DNA of 49,790 bases from Malassezia furfur. Lineage: Eukaryota. Below the pieces are notes generated by a model. It did no database searches. It was not told the DNA's origin and was given only the letters and a program-made list of their open reading frames with translations. Numbering within the stretch: the stretch's first letter is position 1; each line of letters starts with the position of its first letter. This document shows, one piece after another, positions 1 through 10,088 of the stretch. The DNA is taken from NCBI GenBank assembly GCA_052055015.1, contig JBQJIT010000030.1; one strand, written 5' to 3'. A program made the position numbers and the translations under genes.

Positions 1-490
1 GACGAGTCCCTCGCACGTATCCAGCGCATGCACGAGGAGCGCGAATATGCCCGCATGACCGAACGCGCGCAGCCCTACACGGTGCGCGAGGCGCGCACGC
101 GCCCTGCGGCTGCCGCCGATGAGCAAGAGCGCCAGGCATGGCGCGAGTCACGCGAACAGATCAGCGTGATTGTCAACATCCTCCTGAGTGTCGCAGCCGT
201 CGCGACGGCCGCGTGGTGGGCCGCTGGGAATGCGTCGCCGATCTGGGTACGTGTCGCCGCTCACACAGAAAGTGTCCGTGTCACTTGGCTTGGCGCTGCT
301 TGTGGCAATTGCCGAGGTCGTGCTCTACTCGCGCTACTGGCACACGGTCACGGCGCGGCGCAAGCGCTACTCGAGCCGCGCGCACACTATGTATGAGCAG
401 CAGGCGGACGGCCGGCTGCGTCCGCGCCGGCCGCGCGACGTGCGGCGAGGATCAAATCCGCGATCTCTTCCACGCCGGTCCCCTTCTTAA
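1..490 (+). CDS. VMA12: V-ATPase ER assembly factor Vma12/Vph2 (TMEM199)-like, 5'-partial; 22-nt intron 247-268
   Basis: The pattern 'EEREYARMT...[12 protein letters not shown]...[21 protein letters not shown]' (two C-terminal TM helices) resembles Vma12. Removing GTACGT...CTCACACAG joins ORF 28..396 to ORF 188..490 in frame. Stop TAA at 488-490. Confidence 0.7.
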
Positions 491-1273
491 CACTTGCAAA
501 TACCGTAGGACCATTGTCACGCATCTTGTCTGCATCGCGACGCATCACCTCGAGCGATGCCCCGACGTGCTCCGCCAAGTCGATCTTGTTCACCACGAGC
601 AGATCGGACTGCGAGATGCCGGGGCCGCCCTTACGCGGCACCTTGTCACCGCCCGACACATCGATCACATACACGTGGAAGTCGGCGAGCTCCACGCTAA
701 AGGCCGCCGCAAGGTTGTCGCCGCCGCTCTCGACAAAGAGGAGCTGCGTGTCGTACTCTGCCTGCAGCTGCTCGAGCACCTCCATGTTGGCCGAGATGTC
801 CTCGCGGATCGCCGCATGCGGGCACCCACCCGTCTCCACGGCACGGATCCGGTTCGTGTCCTGCAGCGCCGCATTGCGCACGAGAAACTCTTGGTCCTCG
901 CGCGTGAAGATGTCGTTGGTCACCACGGCGATGTTGTACTTGTCCCGCAGCGTGCGGCATAGCGCCAGCAGCAGCGCCGTCTTACCCGATCCGACGGGTC
1001 TGTTGTGAGTCACAGCGCTCCAACCTACCCGCCAATTCCCACCGTGAACGCGCGCTCGTTCCAGTTGCGGTGCGAGAAGTTGGGGAGGTCACGCTCGCCA
1101 AACTTGCCCGGGTGCTCCATAATTTCGTGCGTGTGCCCATGCTCGTTGGCGGCGTGCGAGTGCGAGTGCGAGTGCGCGTGGTCGTGCGCATGGTCGTGTG
1201 CGTGCGTGTGTGCGCCGTCGGCGCCCGTGCGGGGGGCCCCGGACGCGGCCTTGGTAAACGGCACGGTGCTCAT
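387..1273 (-). CDS. ureG: Urease accessory GTPase UreG (fungal Ure7 type, His-rich N-terminus); 29-nt intron 1000-1028
   Basis: Splicing restores the P-loop GIGG|PVGSGKT. Also [30 protein letters not shown] and NKID motifs, plus an N-terminal [19 protein letters not shown] tract. Confidence 0.95.
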
Positions 1274-1311
1274 GGTTTTTACTAAAGGTATGGGGACGCT
1301 ATGGGCGGCCG

Positions 1312-2940
1312 TTATTCCCACTGCGGGCCGAGAATGTCGTAGCGCTTGCCGCGCACGGCCCACAGACCCCAGTTGGCCTTGACGGCGATACGCGTGTCGA
1401 AGTCGGCAATCGCCCACTGCTGGCTCGAGAAGGCATTCTCGCCGGGCGTCAGCAGCCAGTCGAACTCGCCGCTCACACCGTCGACCGACTCAAACGCGAG
1501 CACATCGCGCTCGACATCCGCGGGCGAGAAGCCCGAGATGTACAGCGGGCACCGCGTCGAAAGGATCTGGCCGAGCGACTGCGCCCACTCGCGCTGTGCC
1601 TGGACGATGGGCGCGGCCTGCAGCGAGGTAAAGTTGCCCTGTTTTGGGCGGAAGGCCATCACCTCGGGGTCCGGCTCCGCCGCGGGGGTGTCGCCGCCCG
1701 CCGGGTTCTTGGCGACCTCGCTCGGGCGGTAGCCCGAGTTGGGGATGGCTCCCTCGGTCGGCTCGGTCGACTCGCCCGGCACGGGCGCGTTCTTGGCATA
1801 GAAGGTGTCGCGCGCCGCCTGCATCTTGCGCTCGTCCTCGCGCTCCTCGGCGCGCAGCCGCGCGCTCTCCTCCACGGCGATCTCGCTGGGGAAGCCGAAC
1901 CCGGGCGCAAACGCAAAGAACACGTCCGTGTACGGGTCAAACGGCTCCAGGTACGGGTGCACGCGCTCGTATGTCGCCTGGATCGCCGTGAGCGTCAGGC
2001 CCGGCGACACGGCGATGCTGCGCGCCGGGAACGGGAAGTTGACCGCGCGCTCCTTGTACGACGGCGAGTTCCACGGGCTGGGCGCGTTCTTGGGCTGAAT
2101 GGGGGCCTCGGGACCGATCATCACGACGTGGATCGGCACCTTGGGGAAGTTGTATTCGATCTGGCGCCACACCTCGGGCGGGAGCGTGGCTTCGGCGCGT
2201 GCGCCCACGACAAAGATGCGCACCGGGTCCATGCTCGGCGTGGCGCCGAGCTCGGGGTGCAGCGTCTGGCGCAGCGGCGCCAAACTGCGCAGGCCCTCGT
2301 GGGTGAGGCGCGAGGAGCGCCGGGTGTACGGGCTGTTTTCGTGGAGCGCACCGACGATCGTCATAGGGAAGGTGAGCAGTTTCGAGACGTGGCGCTTGCT
2401 GCGCTCCGAGTCGATCGAGGGGAAGTTGCGCGTGTAGAAGAGCTGGTCCCAGCCCGACAGGTTGACCACCTCCTCGCTTGGCTGCTCGCGCGGGAGCTGG
2501 AACTCGGTCATGGGGCGTCCGCTACGCAGATCGTGTTCGTCCTCGTTGGCCTCGCGCAGGCGCGGCACGTACTGGGCATGCTCGGTGTCTTCCAACCACA
2601 TTTCGCGCGAGTAGTGCGTGGGCCAACCGCACTCGGGGCACTCGTAGTTGACCAGGCGGCGGATCCCGTACTTGGCCATGCTCACGGGGCACGGAGCAAG
2701 CGTGCGTATCCGCTCGCCGCGTGCGCGCATCGCGGGGATGGGCGATTCGGAGAGTTTGTGGAACAGGTCGTCCTGCTCGAGGATCGGCGGCCGCGCCGCG
2801 GTTGCGTCCGGGACCTTGGTCGGCGTGCGCCGCTTGAACAGACCAAACAGCGTGCGCGTCTGTTGCGCAAGGCGCGGCGCACCCGCGGGCGCAGCGCGGC
2901 AGCGCGCGAGCATCGGCGCCGAATGCGCAAGGGCTCGCAT
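1312..2940 (-). CDS. MSS51: Mitochondrial Mss51 (COX1 translation/assembly factor, Zn finger)
   Basis: DDLFHKLSESPIPAMRARG, YECPECGWPTH, LREANEDEHDLRSGR, GARAE and PFDPYTDVF motifs. Arg/Ala-rich presequence from ATG 2940. Confidence 0.9.
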   Translation of the reverse strand: MRALAHSAPMLARCRAAPAGAPRLAQQTRTLFGLFKRRTPTKVPDATAARPPILEQDDLFHKLSESPIPAMRARGERIRTLAPCPVSMAKYGIRRLVNYECPECGWPTHYSREMWLEDTEHAQYVPRLREANEDEHDLRSGRPMTEFQLPREQPSEEVVNLSGWDQLFYTRNFPSIDSERSKRHVSKLLTFPMTIVGALHENSPYTRRSSRLTHEGLRSLAPLRQTLHPELGATPSMDPVRIFVVGARAEATLPPEVWRQIEYNFPKVPIHVVMIGPEAPIQPKNAPSPWNSPSYKERAVNFPFPARSIAVSPGLTLTAIQATYERVHPYLEPFDPYTDVFFAFAPGFGFPSEIAVEESARLRAEEREDERKMQAARDTFYAKNAPVPGESTEPTEGAIPNSGYRPSEVAKNPAGGDTPAAEPDPEVMAFRPKQGNFTSLQAAPIVQAQREWAQSLGQILSTRCPLYISGFSPADVERDVLAFESVDGVSGEFDWLLTPGENAFSSQQWAIADFDTRIAVKANWGLWAVRGKRYDILGPQWE

Positions 2941-2993
2941 CGTGGAAGGCAGACGGGTTGCACGTGCTGACTCAGCCGAGCCTTTCGTCCACG

Positions 2994-3534
2994 ATGGAAG
3001 CCGCCGCGGCGCTGCGCAAGGCGCGGATCGACGCGCTGCGGCGCCTGCGCCAGGCCGAAGACGCGCATGACCAGCGCGCAATTGAAGAGAACGAGTTTGG
3101 GCGCGCGGTGAAGGCGTCGTTCCGGAGCAGTGTGCCGCCGCCCGGCGCGCTGTCGCAGCAGCCCACGGTGCTCGACACGCTCGAGCACGACATTGCCGGC
3201 CTGCAGGAGCGCGTCATTGCCGAGGACGAGGCCGAGCAGGAGAAGAAACTGGTACGTGTGTGGCGCACAGGCTGACCTCCAGGACCTCGCGGCGATCGCG
3301 CCCAAGCGGCCGAATTGGGACCTGCGCCGTGCATACGACCAGCGCGTCGCGCAGCTCGAGCGGCGGACCAAGCTCGCGATCCGCGCGCTGATCGGTGCGT
3401 AGCCGTGTACTGACGCAGTGGAGCGCGTGCGTGCGAGCCAGGGGACGAGCGACGATGCCGAGGCAGAGGCGACCGCGCGCCTGGTCGCCGAGGCAGGGGC
3501 GTCGGACGAGGAGGAGGAGGACGAGGAGGAGTAG
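2994..3534 (+). CDS. cwf18: Spliceosome-associated protein Cwf18/CCDC12; introns 3252-3282 (31 nt) and 3395-3418 (24 nt)
   Basis: The spliced product reads MEAAAALRKARIDALR...EKKL|DLAAIAPKRPNWDLRR...LERRTKLAIRALI|VERV..., which is the Cwf18 signature. Intron 2 carries an in-frame TAG. Confidence 0.85.
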
Positions 3535-3588
3535 GCGTAGGCATCTGTAGACTACATTGCGCCGTGCACGTTGGCCGGCTGGGACGAG

Positions 3589-6500
3589 CTACTTGCGGTA
3601 CGGGATGTGGTTCTGCTTCTCCTGGAGCAGGTCGTACAGGACCGCGCGGCGGTTGCCGTACGCGTCCTTGACGAGCCACATGGCGTGCTTGGCCGCGTCG
3701 CGCTCCGAGAGGTGCGGCTTGAAGCGGTCGCGCAGGCGCTCGAACGTCGGCGCCCCCTTGAAGCTGGGCAGGCCCGTGCCGAGCATGAGCGCGCACGTCG
3801 CGACGATCTCGTCCGCGTACGGGCGGCACGCGAGGAACGCCTTGACGACGAGCTGCTCAAACATGCGGAAGCCCGGCGAGTCGGGGCCGCCCATCACGGC
3901 GACCATTTCCAAAGAGAGCTTGAACGAGTATGGCTCGAAGCGCATGCCGCCCGGCCCGATGTCGAACAGGAAGCCGAAGTCGATGTGCACAATGTGTCCC
4001 TGGCCGTCGATCATGATGTTGCCGTTGTGGCGGTCGCGGATCTGGAGGATGTGGCACACAACCGAGTACGCGGCCATCGACTGGATGAAGTTGAGGCGCG
4101 CGCGCTGGAACGACACCGTGTCCTCGGCGCCGAAGCGCGTGTGGAAGAAGTCGACGAGGTCGTTGATCTTCTGGCGGCCCATTTCGTCGCGCGACGTGGC
4201 ATTCGGCACGACGTCGATCACACCGCACCCCGGCGCGGTGGCCGTGACGCGGTACGGGTCGAGGTACACGTCGAGGCCGATGGCCATGTAGATGTTCTTG
4301 AACTGTGCAATCACCTGCAGCGCCAGCACATCCTGGCGGCAGTCGTCGCCGACCTTGAAGATGGCGCTCTGCCACACGTCGTGGTATGCCTGGTGCCCGT
4401 CGGCGTCGACGCGGATCCCGTCCGGGCGGCGCACGAGGAAGGTGGCCATGAACGGTGCCTTGGCGTGGCTCTGGAGCGGGCGGCCGCTCTTGCGGTCGAG
4501 GTCGACCACGACGCCGTCCGGGTTCGACGGGAGGTACACACCCGGGTCGACGCGGATTTTGGCCATCTCCTCGTCGATCTTGGCCTTCTTTTCCGCCTTG
4601 GACTTTTTGATGTACGGCTTGAGCTTGCCCGAGATCGAGGTGACCTCGTTGAAGAAGGTGAACTCGCGCTCGTAAAACTCCTTGGCGGAGCCCGAGAGCT
4701 GCGCAACGATGCGCTCGCCGAGCGCGTCGAGCGTCGGCTTGAGCGGGTCGGGCTCCTCGGCGTTGTCGTCCTTGTACTTGTTCGCGTCCATGTTCCAGAG
4801 GATCTGGTGGCAGAAGAGCTGCGAGATGAGCGACGTCTTCAGGATGAACTGCGCCACGTAGCCGTACTTGTCGTCGCGCAGCGCCTGCACGAGCTGCGGG
4901 ATGTAGAAGAAGACGAGGTCCGTCGGCAGCTCCTCCAGGACGCGCATCGCATACTGCAGCACGAGCGGGTGGCCGCCGACGCCCGGCTGGAGCAGCTCGA
5001 TGGCGTGCATGGGTGCGACGGGCGCCCAGAGGTGCAGCCACTTGAGGTTCGTGCCCTGCTTCGCCGCGAGCGAGACGCGCTCCGCAACGATGCCCGGCAG
5101 CGCGTCCGAACAGCGCACCGCACGGTGCGGCGCCGCACGCACCAGGCGCCCGACCTCGGCCTCGAGCGGCGCCGCGCGGCTGCGGCGCACGAGCTGCACG
5201 GCGACCGCCGCATCGATGCTCCACGCGGCGTGCAGCGCGTCGAGCGAGAGCGGCGCGGCGCGCGTCGTCGCGTCGGCCGTCGGGTGCAGCCACACGTCGA
5301 GCTGGTGCTCTTCGTGCGCGAGCAGCGCATGGAGCAGCTGGACGAGCGTCTGCACGTGGCGCACCGCCTGCGCGAGCGTGCACGTGGGCGTGAGCGGGTG
5401 GCCGGAGTGCACCGTGGGCGTGCCCGACTGCGCGACGGTCGACGCGGTGACGAGCGAGTCGGCGCGCATCGCCGCGGTGCGCAGCGCGAGCTGCACGTCG
5501 CGCACGTACTGCAGCTCGGCGCTCGCGCGGCGCCGGTTGCCGCCGTACGACCACGCGGCGCGCGTCGCGAACCAGTGCAGCGCGAGGCGCGCGACGCCGT
5601 CGCGCAGGCGCACCTCGACGAGCGCGTCGAGGTGCGAGTAGGAGAGCACGCGCAGGCCAAACAGCACGAGCGCAAGCATCGTCGTGCGCATCAGCGGGTG
5701 CGTGCTGAGCAGCGGTGCGGCCTGTGCCTGGCATTGCACGAGTGTCGCGAGCTGCGTGACGAGCGCGGCGTTGCTGCTGCGCGACGCCTGCAGCCGGTCG
5801 GACAGCAGCTGGAGCACCACGAGGTGGCCGGTGAAGAGCGTGTCGGCGCGCGCGGCCTCGTCGGCGACCGCCGCGCGGTCGAACGACGACATGTCCGTCT
5901 TGCGCAGCAGCGCGTCGCGCGCCACGAGCGCAGGCGAGTAGATGCCCTGGCGCGCGTGCACCGTGCGGGTCCAGCCGCTGGAGATCTCCCCGACGACGGC
6001 CGTCTCGGCGTCCGGGCGCGCGGCCATCACCCACGACCACGCCTGGGCCGCGAGCACGAGCGCTGACTTGGTACACAGCGCCATGGGGACCGCCACGACG
6101 TAGTGCACGAGGTCAAAGTCGAGGTGCGGCGTCGCGACGATGCACGCCGCCGCGCGGTACACGGCGGCACGCAGCGACTCGGACGACACGGCGCCATGCT
6201 CGCCGCGCTCCGCGGCACTGAGCATCGTGTCGAGCTCGGCAAGCAGCGCGTCGCGGCGCGCGGCACTCGGCACGGTGCCGACCTCGCCGGCGTACGCACT
6301 CTGGGCGACCAGGTCGCGCGTGAGCAGCCCCGAGGCATCGTGGCGCACGGGCGACAGCGTCGCGGGGTCCTGCGGCGGCAGGCCGCGCGCAAAGTCCATC
6401 GCGACCGTCTTGCCGAGCCCGTCGGTGTCCGCGCCGTGCGCGGCGTCCGCGTGGCGCAGGTAGCGCAGCAGCACGTGGCTCAGCTCCTGCGGCATCTCGG

Positions 6501-9312
6501 ACTGGACGCGCGTGAGCGTATTGCGCACGGTGGCGTACAGCTGTGCGAGGATGTCCTTGCGCACCGCGTACGCGTCGGTCAGCTCGAGCGTGACGCTGGC
6601 GAGCGCCGAGGAGAACAGGTACTGCGGCATGTACGCGTCGTCCACCTCGCCGTCGCAGCTGCGCGCGAGCAGCGTGAGCAGCTCGAGCATCGTCACCACC
6701 ACGTCGGCGCGCGCAAACAGCTCGGGGAACGCCGACACGAGGCGCTCGAGGTACGCGTGCGCGTTCTGGCGCACGGTCGCGTCGCGGTGGCACGCGCCGA
6801 CGAGCAGGTTGCGCAGCTCGTCGTACACGTACGGCCCCACGGCGTGCGCCTCGGCGCGCTGCGACACGTGCACGAGGAACGTGGCAAACACGCGGTCGGC
6901 GATCGCCTGCAGCGGCGCCACGAGCGACGAGCGCGGCACGCCGTGGTGCGCAAAGTAGAAGAGCATCATCGACGGACGCCCCGCGGCCGCACGCCGCCAC
7001 TCGACCTCGAGCACGGCGTGCAGGAACGCAAGCTTCGCGGGCGACGCCTTGCCGCCCTCGAGCAGGCGCGCGCCCAGCACGGGCGCCACGGCGCGCCGCA
7101 CCGCCTCTACCGACGCATGCGGCGCGTCGTGCTTCAGCAGCGAGTTGTACTCGATGTCCTCCTCCACATAGTTGACCACCGACGCAGGCAGCAGCACGGG
7201 CGTCTTGAGCGCAATCACCGTCAGCGGCTCGTTGCGCGGCATGGGCGCCACAAGCGGCGTCGACGCTCCACACGCCCCAATCACGGTCCACAGGTTGCGG
7301 AAGAGGTACACCTGCTCCACAGTCGGCGCCCACTGCGGGTTCAGGTCGCGGTGCGCCAGCAGCGCCGCCAGCACCGGCACGCCGCCGCGCACCGCCGCGA
7401 CGTTGCGCTGCGTCCCCACGTCCACCACAAGCGCCAGCAGCGCATCGAGCAGCACGGGCTTGCGCGGCCGCGCCGCCTCACCCGCCGCCGCGTCCACCGC
7501 CTGCGCGCGCCGCTCGGCATCGGCCGTCAGGCCGCGCGCCAGCAGCTCCTGCGCGCTGTACACCGCGCCGAGCGAGCGCACGTCGCCCTGCCGCACGGCC
7601 GCACGTGCAGCGTCCGTGAAGAAGTCGACCACGTTGACAAAGCTCGACGCAGGCGCCATCAGCGCGAGCGGCACCAGGTGCGTCAGCAGCGCCGTCTGCG
7701 CGAGCGGCGTAGGCACCTGCAGGCGCTGCAGCAGCAGCGAGATGGCCAGCACCGTGTAGTGCACGTCTCCCAGCGCCTTGGCAAGCGCCACGATCACCAC
7801 CACCGTGCTGCCCACGACGATGCTTTGCGTGCCCGACGCCATACGCCCGTTGCGCACCGCACGTGCCTGCGCGGCGCTCTGCTCGGCGAGCTCCGCGTCG
7901 CGCGCCACAAGGTTCAGCAGCGCATAGGTGAGCGACTTGGGCGCGTCGGCGTCCAACTGCTGCACACACACGCCGAGCGTCGTGCCTGCGGTGGTCAGCA
8001 GCGGCGAGCCGCTGGCCAAGTCCGACTCGAGCAGCGGCAGCGGGCGTTGCACAAAGCGCCGCAGCGTCGGCACGAGCACCTGCACGGTCGACGGGCGGAC
8101 GAGCGCAAGCACAGCGGCACTCTCGAGCGCAGCGCGCTGTAGCACCGCATCGTAGAGCAGCGCATCGTCGCCGAGCAGTGCCGAGAGCGTGTTCGGCACA
8201 AACGGACCAAGCGCCGTGCCGTCGTACGCGGCGACGCACAGCACCGCAATTTTCAGCGTGGTGCTCAGCAGCTCACGCGCATACAGCTCGACGTGCAGCT
8301 GCGGCGCAGACGACGTAAGCAGCGCCACGAGCTCGGCCGTCTGCACATACACGCGCTGGGCCACCTCGGCGACCTCACTCTCGGTGCCGAGCGGCGCGGC
8401 GGGCGCCGAGCGCTGCAGCGCCGCCCACGACGCCGCATACGCCTCACCACCGCGCGCGAGCGCCTGCGCCAGGAGCGACGCCATCGCACTCAGCGCACAC
8501 CATGCAACAAAGCGGCCCGACAGCGGCGCACCGAGCGTCGCATAGTGCTGCAGCACCCACTCGGCGTACGACGGGCGCGCCACACTCCCAGACGCGCCCA
8601 CCGACACTTCATCCTCGAGCGCAAGACACTGCCCCGCCGCCTCGTGCTGTTCGGGAAGCACGACAAGCAGCGCGTCGAGGCGCGGCAGGTTCGCGCTCGT
8701 CGCGACATCACCCAGCGCCTCGATAAGCGGCGCATATGCATCGCGCGTCCACGCAAACGGCACGTCCTGCAGCGCACGCGCAACGCCGTGCAGCTGCGGC
8801 ACACGGCTCACGATCAGTGCCGCGGCCGTTGCGTCCGACGACACCACCGCCTCGCTCACCGTGCGCACGTAGCTCGCGAGTGCGGTCAGCGCACGCTTGC
8901 GGTGCTTTGGCAGCACATTTGCGAGCTTGAGCAGCGCTTCGGTCAGCGTGTAGCCGAGCTCGTCGGGCAACGGCCACTGATGGCCCAGCTGGAGCGACTC
9001 GTCAAAGTGCGCGGTCGCCAGGCGCGTCGAGAGGTGCTGGAGCTCGCCCAGCACCTCTTCCAGGTAGGCGGCCGTACGGTCCAGCACCTCATCGTGCACC
9101 GCATCGGCGGTCGCGATCGCAAAGCGCGCCTGCGCTAGGTAACTCCGCGCACTCGACGCCGACACACGCGCATCGAGGTCACTCGTCGTCGGCGCGGCGC
9201 CAAGCATCGCAAAGTCATCTTGCTCCAGCTTCCCAGCCGCAGCATCCTGGGCCAGATTCGTCGCAAGATCCAGCAGGATCAGCGTGTGCGTGGGCTGGTC
9301 CAGAAAATCCAT
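3589..9312 (-). CDS. STT4: Phosphatidylinositol 4-kinase type III alpha (Stt4), ~1907 aa, apparently intronless
   Basis: PIK helical domain (FFYIPQLVQALRDD) and kinase motifs LQSHAKAPF, IFKVGDDCRQD, DRHNGNIM and HIDFGF. C-terminus is NHIPY. Likely start MDFLD at 9312. Confidence 0.95.
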   Translation of the reverse strand: MDFLDQPTHTLILLDLATNLAQDAAAGKLEQDDFAMLGAAPTTSDLDARVSASSARSYLAQARFAIATADAVHDEVLDRTAAYLEEVLGELQHLSTRLATAHFDESLQLGHQWPLPDELGYTLTEALLKLANVLPKHRKRALTALASYVRTVSEAVVSSDATAAALIVSRVPQLHGVARALQDVPFAWTRDAYAPLIEALGDVATSANLPRLDALLVVLPEQHEAAGQCLALEDEVSVGASGSVARPSYAEWVLQHYATLGAPLSGRFVAWCALSAMASLLAQALARGGEAYAASWAALQRSAPAAPLGTESEVAEVAQRVYVQTAELVALLTSSAPQLHVELYARELLSTTLKIAVLCVAAYDGTALGPFVPNTLSALLGDDALLYDAVLQRAALESAAVLALVRPSTVQVLVPTLRRFVQRPLPLLESDLASGSPLLTTAGTTLGVCVQQLDADAPKSLTYALLNLVARDAELAEQSAAQARAVRNGRMASGTQSIVVGSTVVVIVALAKALGDVHYTVLAISLLLQRLQVPTPLAQTALLTHLVPLALMAPASSFVNVVDFFTDAARAAVRQGDVRSLGAVYSAQELLARGLTADAERRAQAVDAAAGEAARPRKPVLLDALLALVVDVGTQRNVAAVRGGVPVLAALLAHRDLNPQWAPTVEQVYLFRNLWTVIGACGASTPLVAPMPRNEPLTVIALKTPVLLPASVVNYVEEDIEYNSLLKHDAPHASVEAVRRAVAPVLGARLLEGGKASPAKLAFLHAVLEVEWRRAAAGRPSMMLFYFAHHGVPRSSLVAPLQAIADRVFATFLVHVSQRAEAHAVGPYVYDELRNLLVGACHRDATVRQNAHAYLERLVSAFPELFARADVVVTMLELLTLLARSCDGEVDDAYMPQYLFSSALASVTLELTDAYAVRKDILAQLYATVRNTLTRVQSEMPQELSHVLLRYLRHADAAHGADTDGLGKTVAMDFARGLPPQDPATLSPVRHDASGLLTRDLVAQSAYAGEVGTVPSAARRDALLAELDTMLSAAERGEHGAVSSESLRAAVYRAAACIVATPHLDFDLVHYVVAVPMALCTKSALVLAAQAWSWVMAARPDAETAVVGEISSGWTRTVHARQGIYSPALVARDALLRKTDMSSFDRAAVADEAARADTLFTGHLVVLQLLSDRLQASRSSNAALVTQLATLVQCQAQAAPLLSTHPLMRTTMLALVLFGLRVLSYSHLDALVEVRLRDGVARLALHWFATRAAWSYGGNRRRASAELQYVRDVQLALRTAAMRADSLVTASTVAQSGTPTVHSGHPLTPTCTLAQAVRHVQTLVQLLHALLAHEEHQLDVWLHPTADATTRAAPLSLDALHAAWSIDAAVAVQLVRRSRAAPLEAEVGRLVRAAPHRAVRCSDALPGIVAERVSLAAKQGTNLKWLHLWAPVAPMHAIELLQPGVGGHPLVLQYAMRVLEELPTDLVFFYIPQLVQALRDDKYGYVAQFILKTSLISQLFCHQILWNMDANKYKDDNAEEPDPLKPTLDALGERIVAQLSGSAKEFYEREFTFFNEVTSISGKLKPYIKKSKAEKKAKIDEEMAKIRVDPGVYLPSNPDGVVVDLDRKSGRPLQSHAKAPFMATFLVRRPDGIRVDADGHQAYHDVWQSAIFKVGDDCRQDVLALQVIAQFKNIYMAIGLDVYLDPYRVTATAPGCGVIDVVPNATSRDEMGRQKINDLVDFFHTRFGAEDTVSFQRARLNFIQSMAAYSVVCHILQIRDRHNGNIMIDGQGHIVHIDFGFLFDIGPGGMRFEPYSFKLSLEMVAVMGGPDSPGFRMFEQLVVKAFLACRPYADEIVATCALMLGTGLPSFKGAPTFERLRDRFKPHLSERDAAKHAMWLVKDAYGNRRAVLYDLLQEKQNHIPYRK

Positions 9313-9522
9313 CCTGATCGCACGCGCGGGGGGTTGCAGGCGTTGGGGGAACCGAGGGCCACGTGGGCGCACAGGCCACGGCGCGCGCGCCGCGTCGGCA
9401 TCGGACCCCGTGCGCGAAGCGGAACACGCCATGGCGGCACGGCCCTCTTTGCGCGCGTACCATAGACACCACACAGTGCACACCCGTGCGAACTGTCTTT
9501 CACCGCATCCTTACATATACAG

Positions 9523-10047
9523 CTATGTCGCACCACTTAGTGCCTGCTCACACACGCGGCGGATGCCGAGCTCGAGCAGCTGCAGTGCATGCACGTCCTC
9601 CGACGCCCGCGGCATTGAGCTCGTCCATGCCTCCGGTAGGTCAAGCGACAAGAAGACTTGCGGGATCCCCAGTTTCGCGGCTGCATCAGCACACACCACG
9701 TACCAATCCGCTTCGCCATCGCCAGCGCAATACCCTGTGTGTTGTACAACGTAGACCCCGTCGTCGCCTGTCGTCAGACACATGTAGCATACCTGCACAT
9801 TCCCGCTCCCGGCGCGGTTCATGGCGACGCTCCAGTCATGCGCAAGGCGCGCGGCAATCGCCGGCTCGGCACGGCCAGCCGCCTGCATCGCCGCACGCAC
9901 CTCGTCGTCCTCGCCATCACTATCATCTCCGAGTGATGCAGGCGCCACTCCGCACCACACCATCAGCGAGTGGTCCAGCACGGTGCACTGCACCGCAAAC
10001 GCGCCGACGGCATGCGGCACCCGCACCACGTAGGCCGCCGACTTCAT
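9523..10047 (-). CDS. Proteasome assembly chaperone 4 (PAC4/PSMG4/Poc4)-like; introns 9768-9792 (25 nt) and 9681-9703 (23 nt)
   Basis: The spliced product gives SLMVWCG...DWSVAM...ATTGSTLYNTQGIALAMAKRIAAKLGIPQVFLSLDLP, which resembles the PAC4 'LAxRLA...QVFVS' pattern. Both introns are GT..CTGAY..CAG. Confidence 0.65.
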   Translation of the reverse strand: MKSAAYVVRVPHAVGAFAVQCTVLDHSLMVWCGVAPASLGDDSDGEDDEVRAAMQAAGRAEPAIAARLAHDWSVAMNRAGSGNVQVCYMCLTTGDDGVYVVQHTGYCAGDGEADWYVVCADAAAKLGIPQVFLSLDLPEAWTSSMPRASEDVHALQLLELGIRRVCEQALSGAT

Positions 10048-10088
10048 GGAGGCTCACGTGACGCGAAGAATCGGTGGGTCTCGCAACG
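10048..10088. promoter_or_regulatory. 41-nt divergent spacer with palindromic TCACGTGA (10054-10061), a putative bHLH/Cbf1-type site
   Basis: The motif lies between the PAC4-like and MRPS9 start codons. The same core recurs in most upstream regions of the window. Confidence 0.55.

Noticed and set aside
3571..8142. Very long plus-strand ORFs (831 and 679 aa) and alternative-frame ORFs over STT4
   Set aside because: These are shadow ORFs from high GC and codon bias (stop-poor antisense frames). They are Arg/Ala/His-rich with no motifs.
9313..9483. N-terminal extensions from the ORF track (STT4, and likewise MSS51, ZIM17, MSC2, Tea4 and PrpF)
   Set aside because: They overlap neighbouring genes or promoters and precede the conserved or presequence-like start, so downstream ATGs were preferred.
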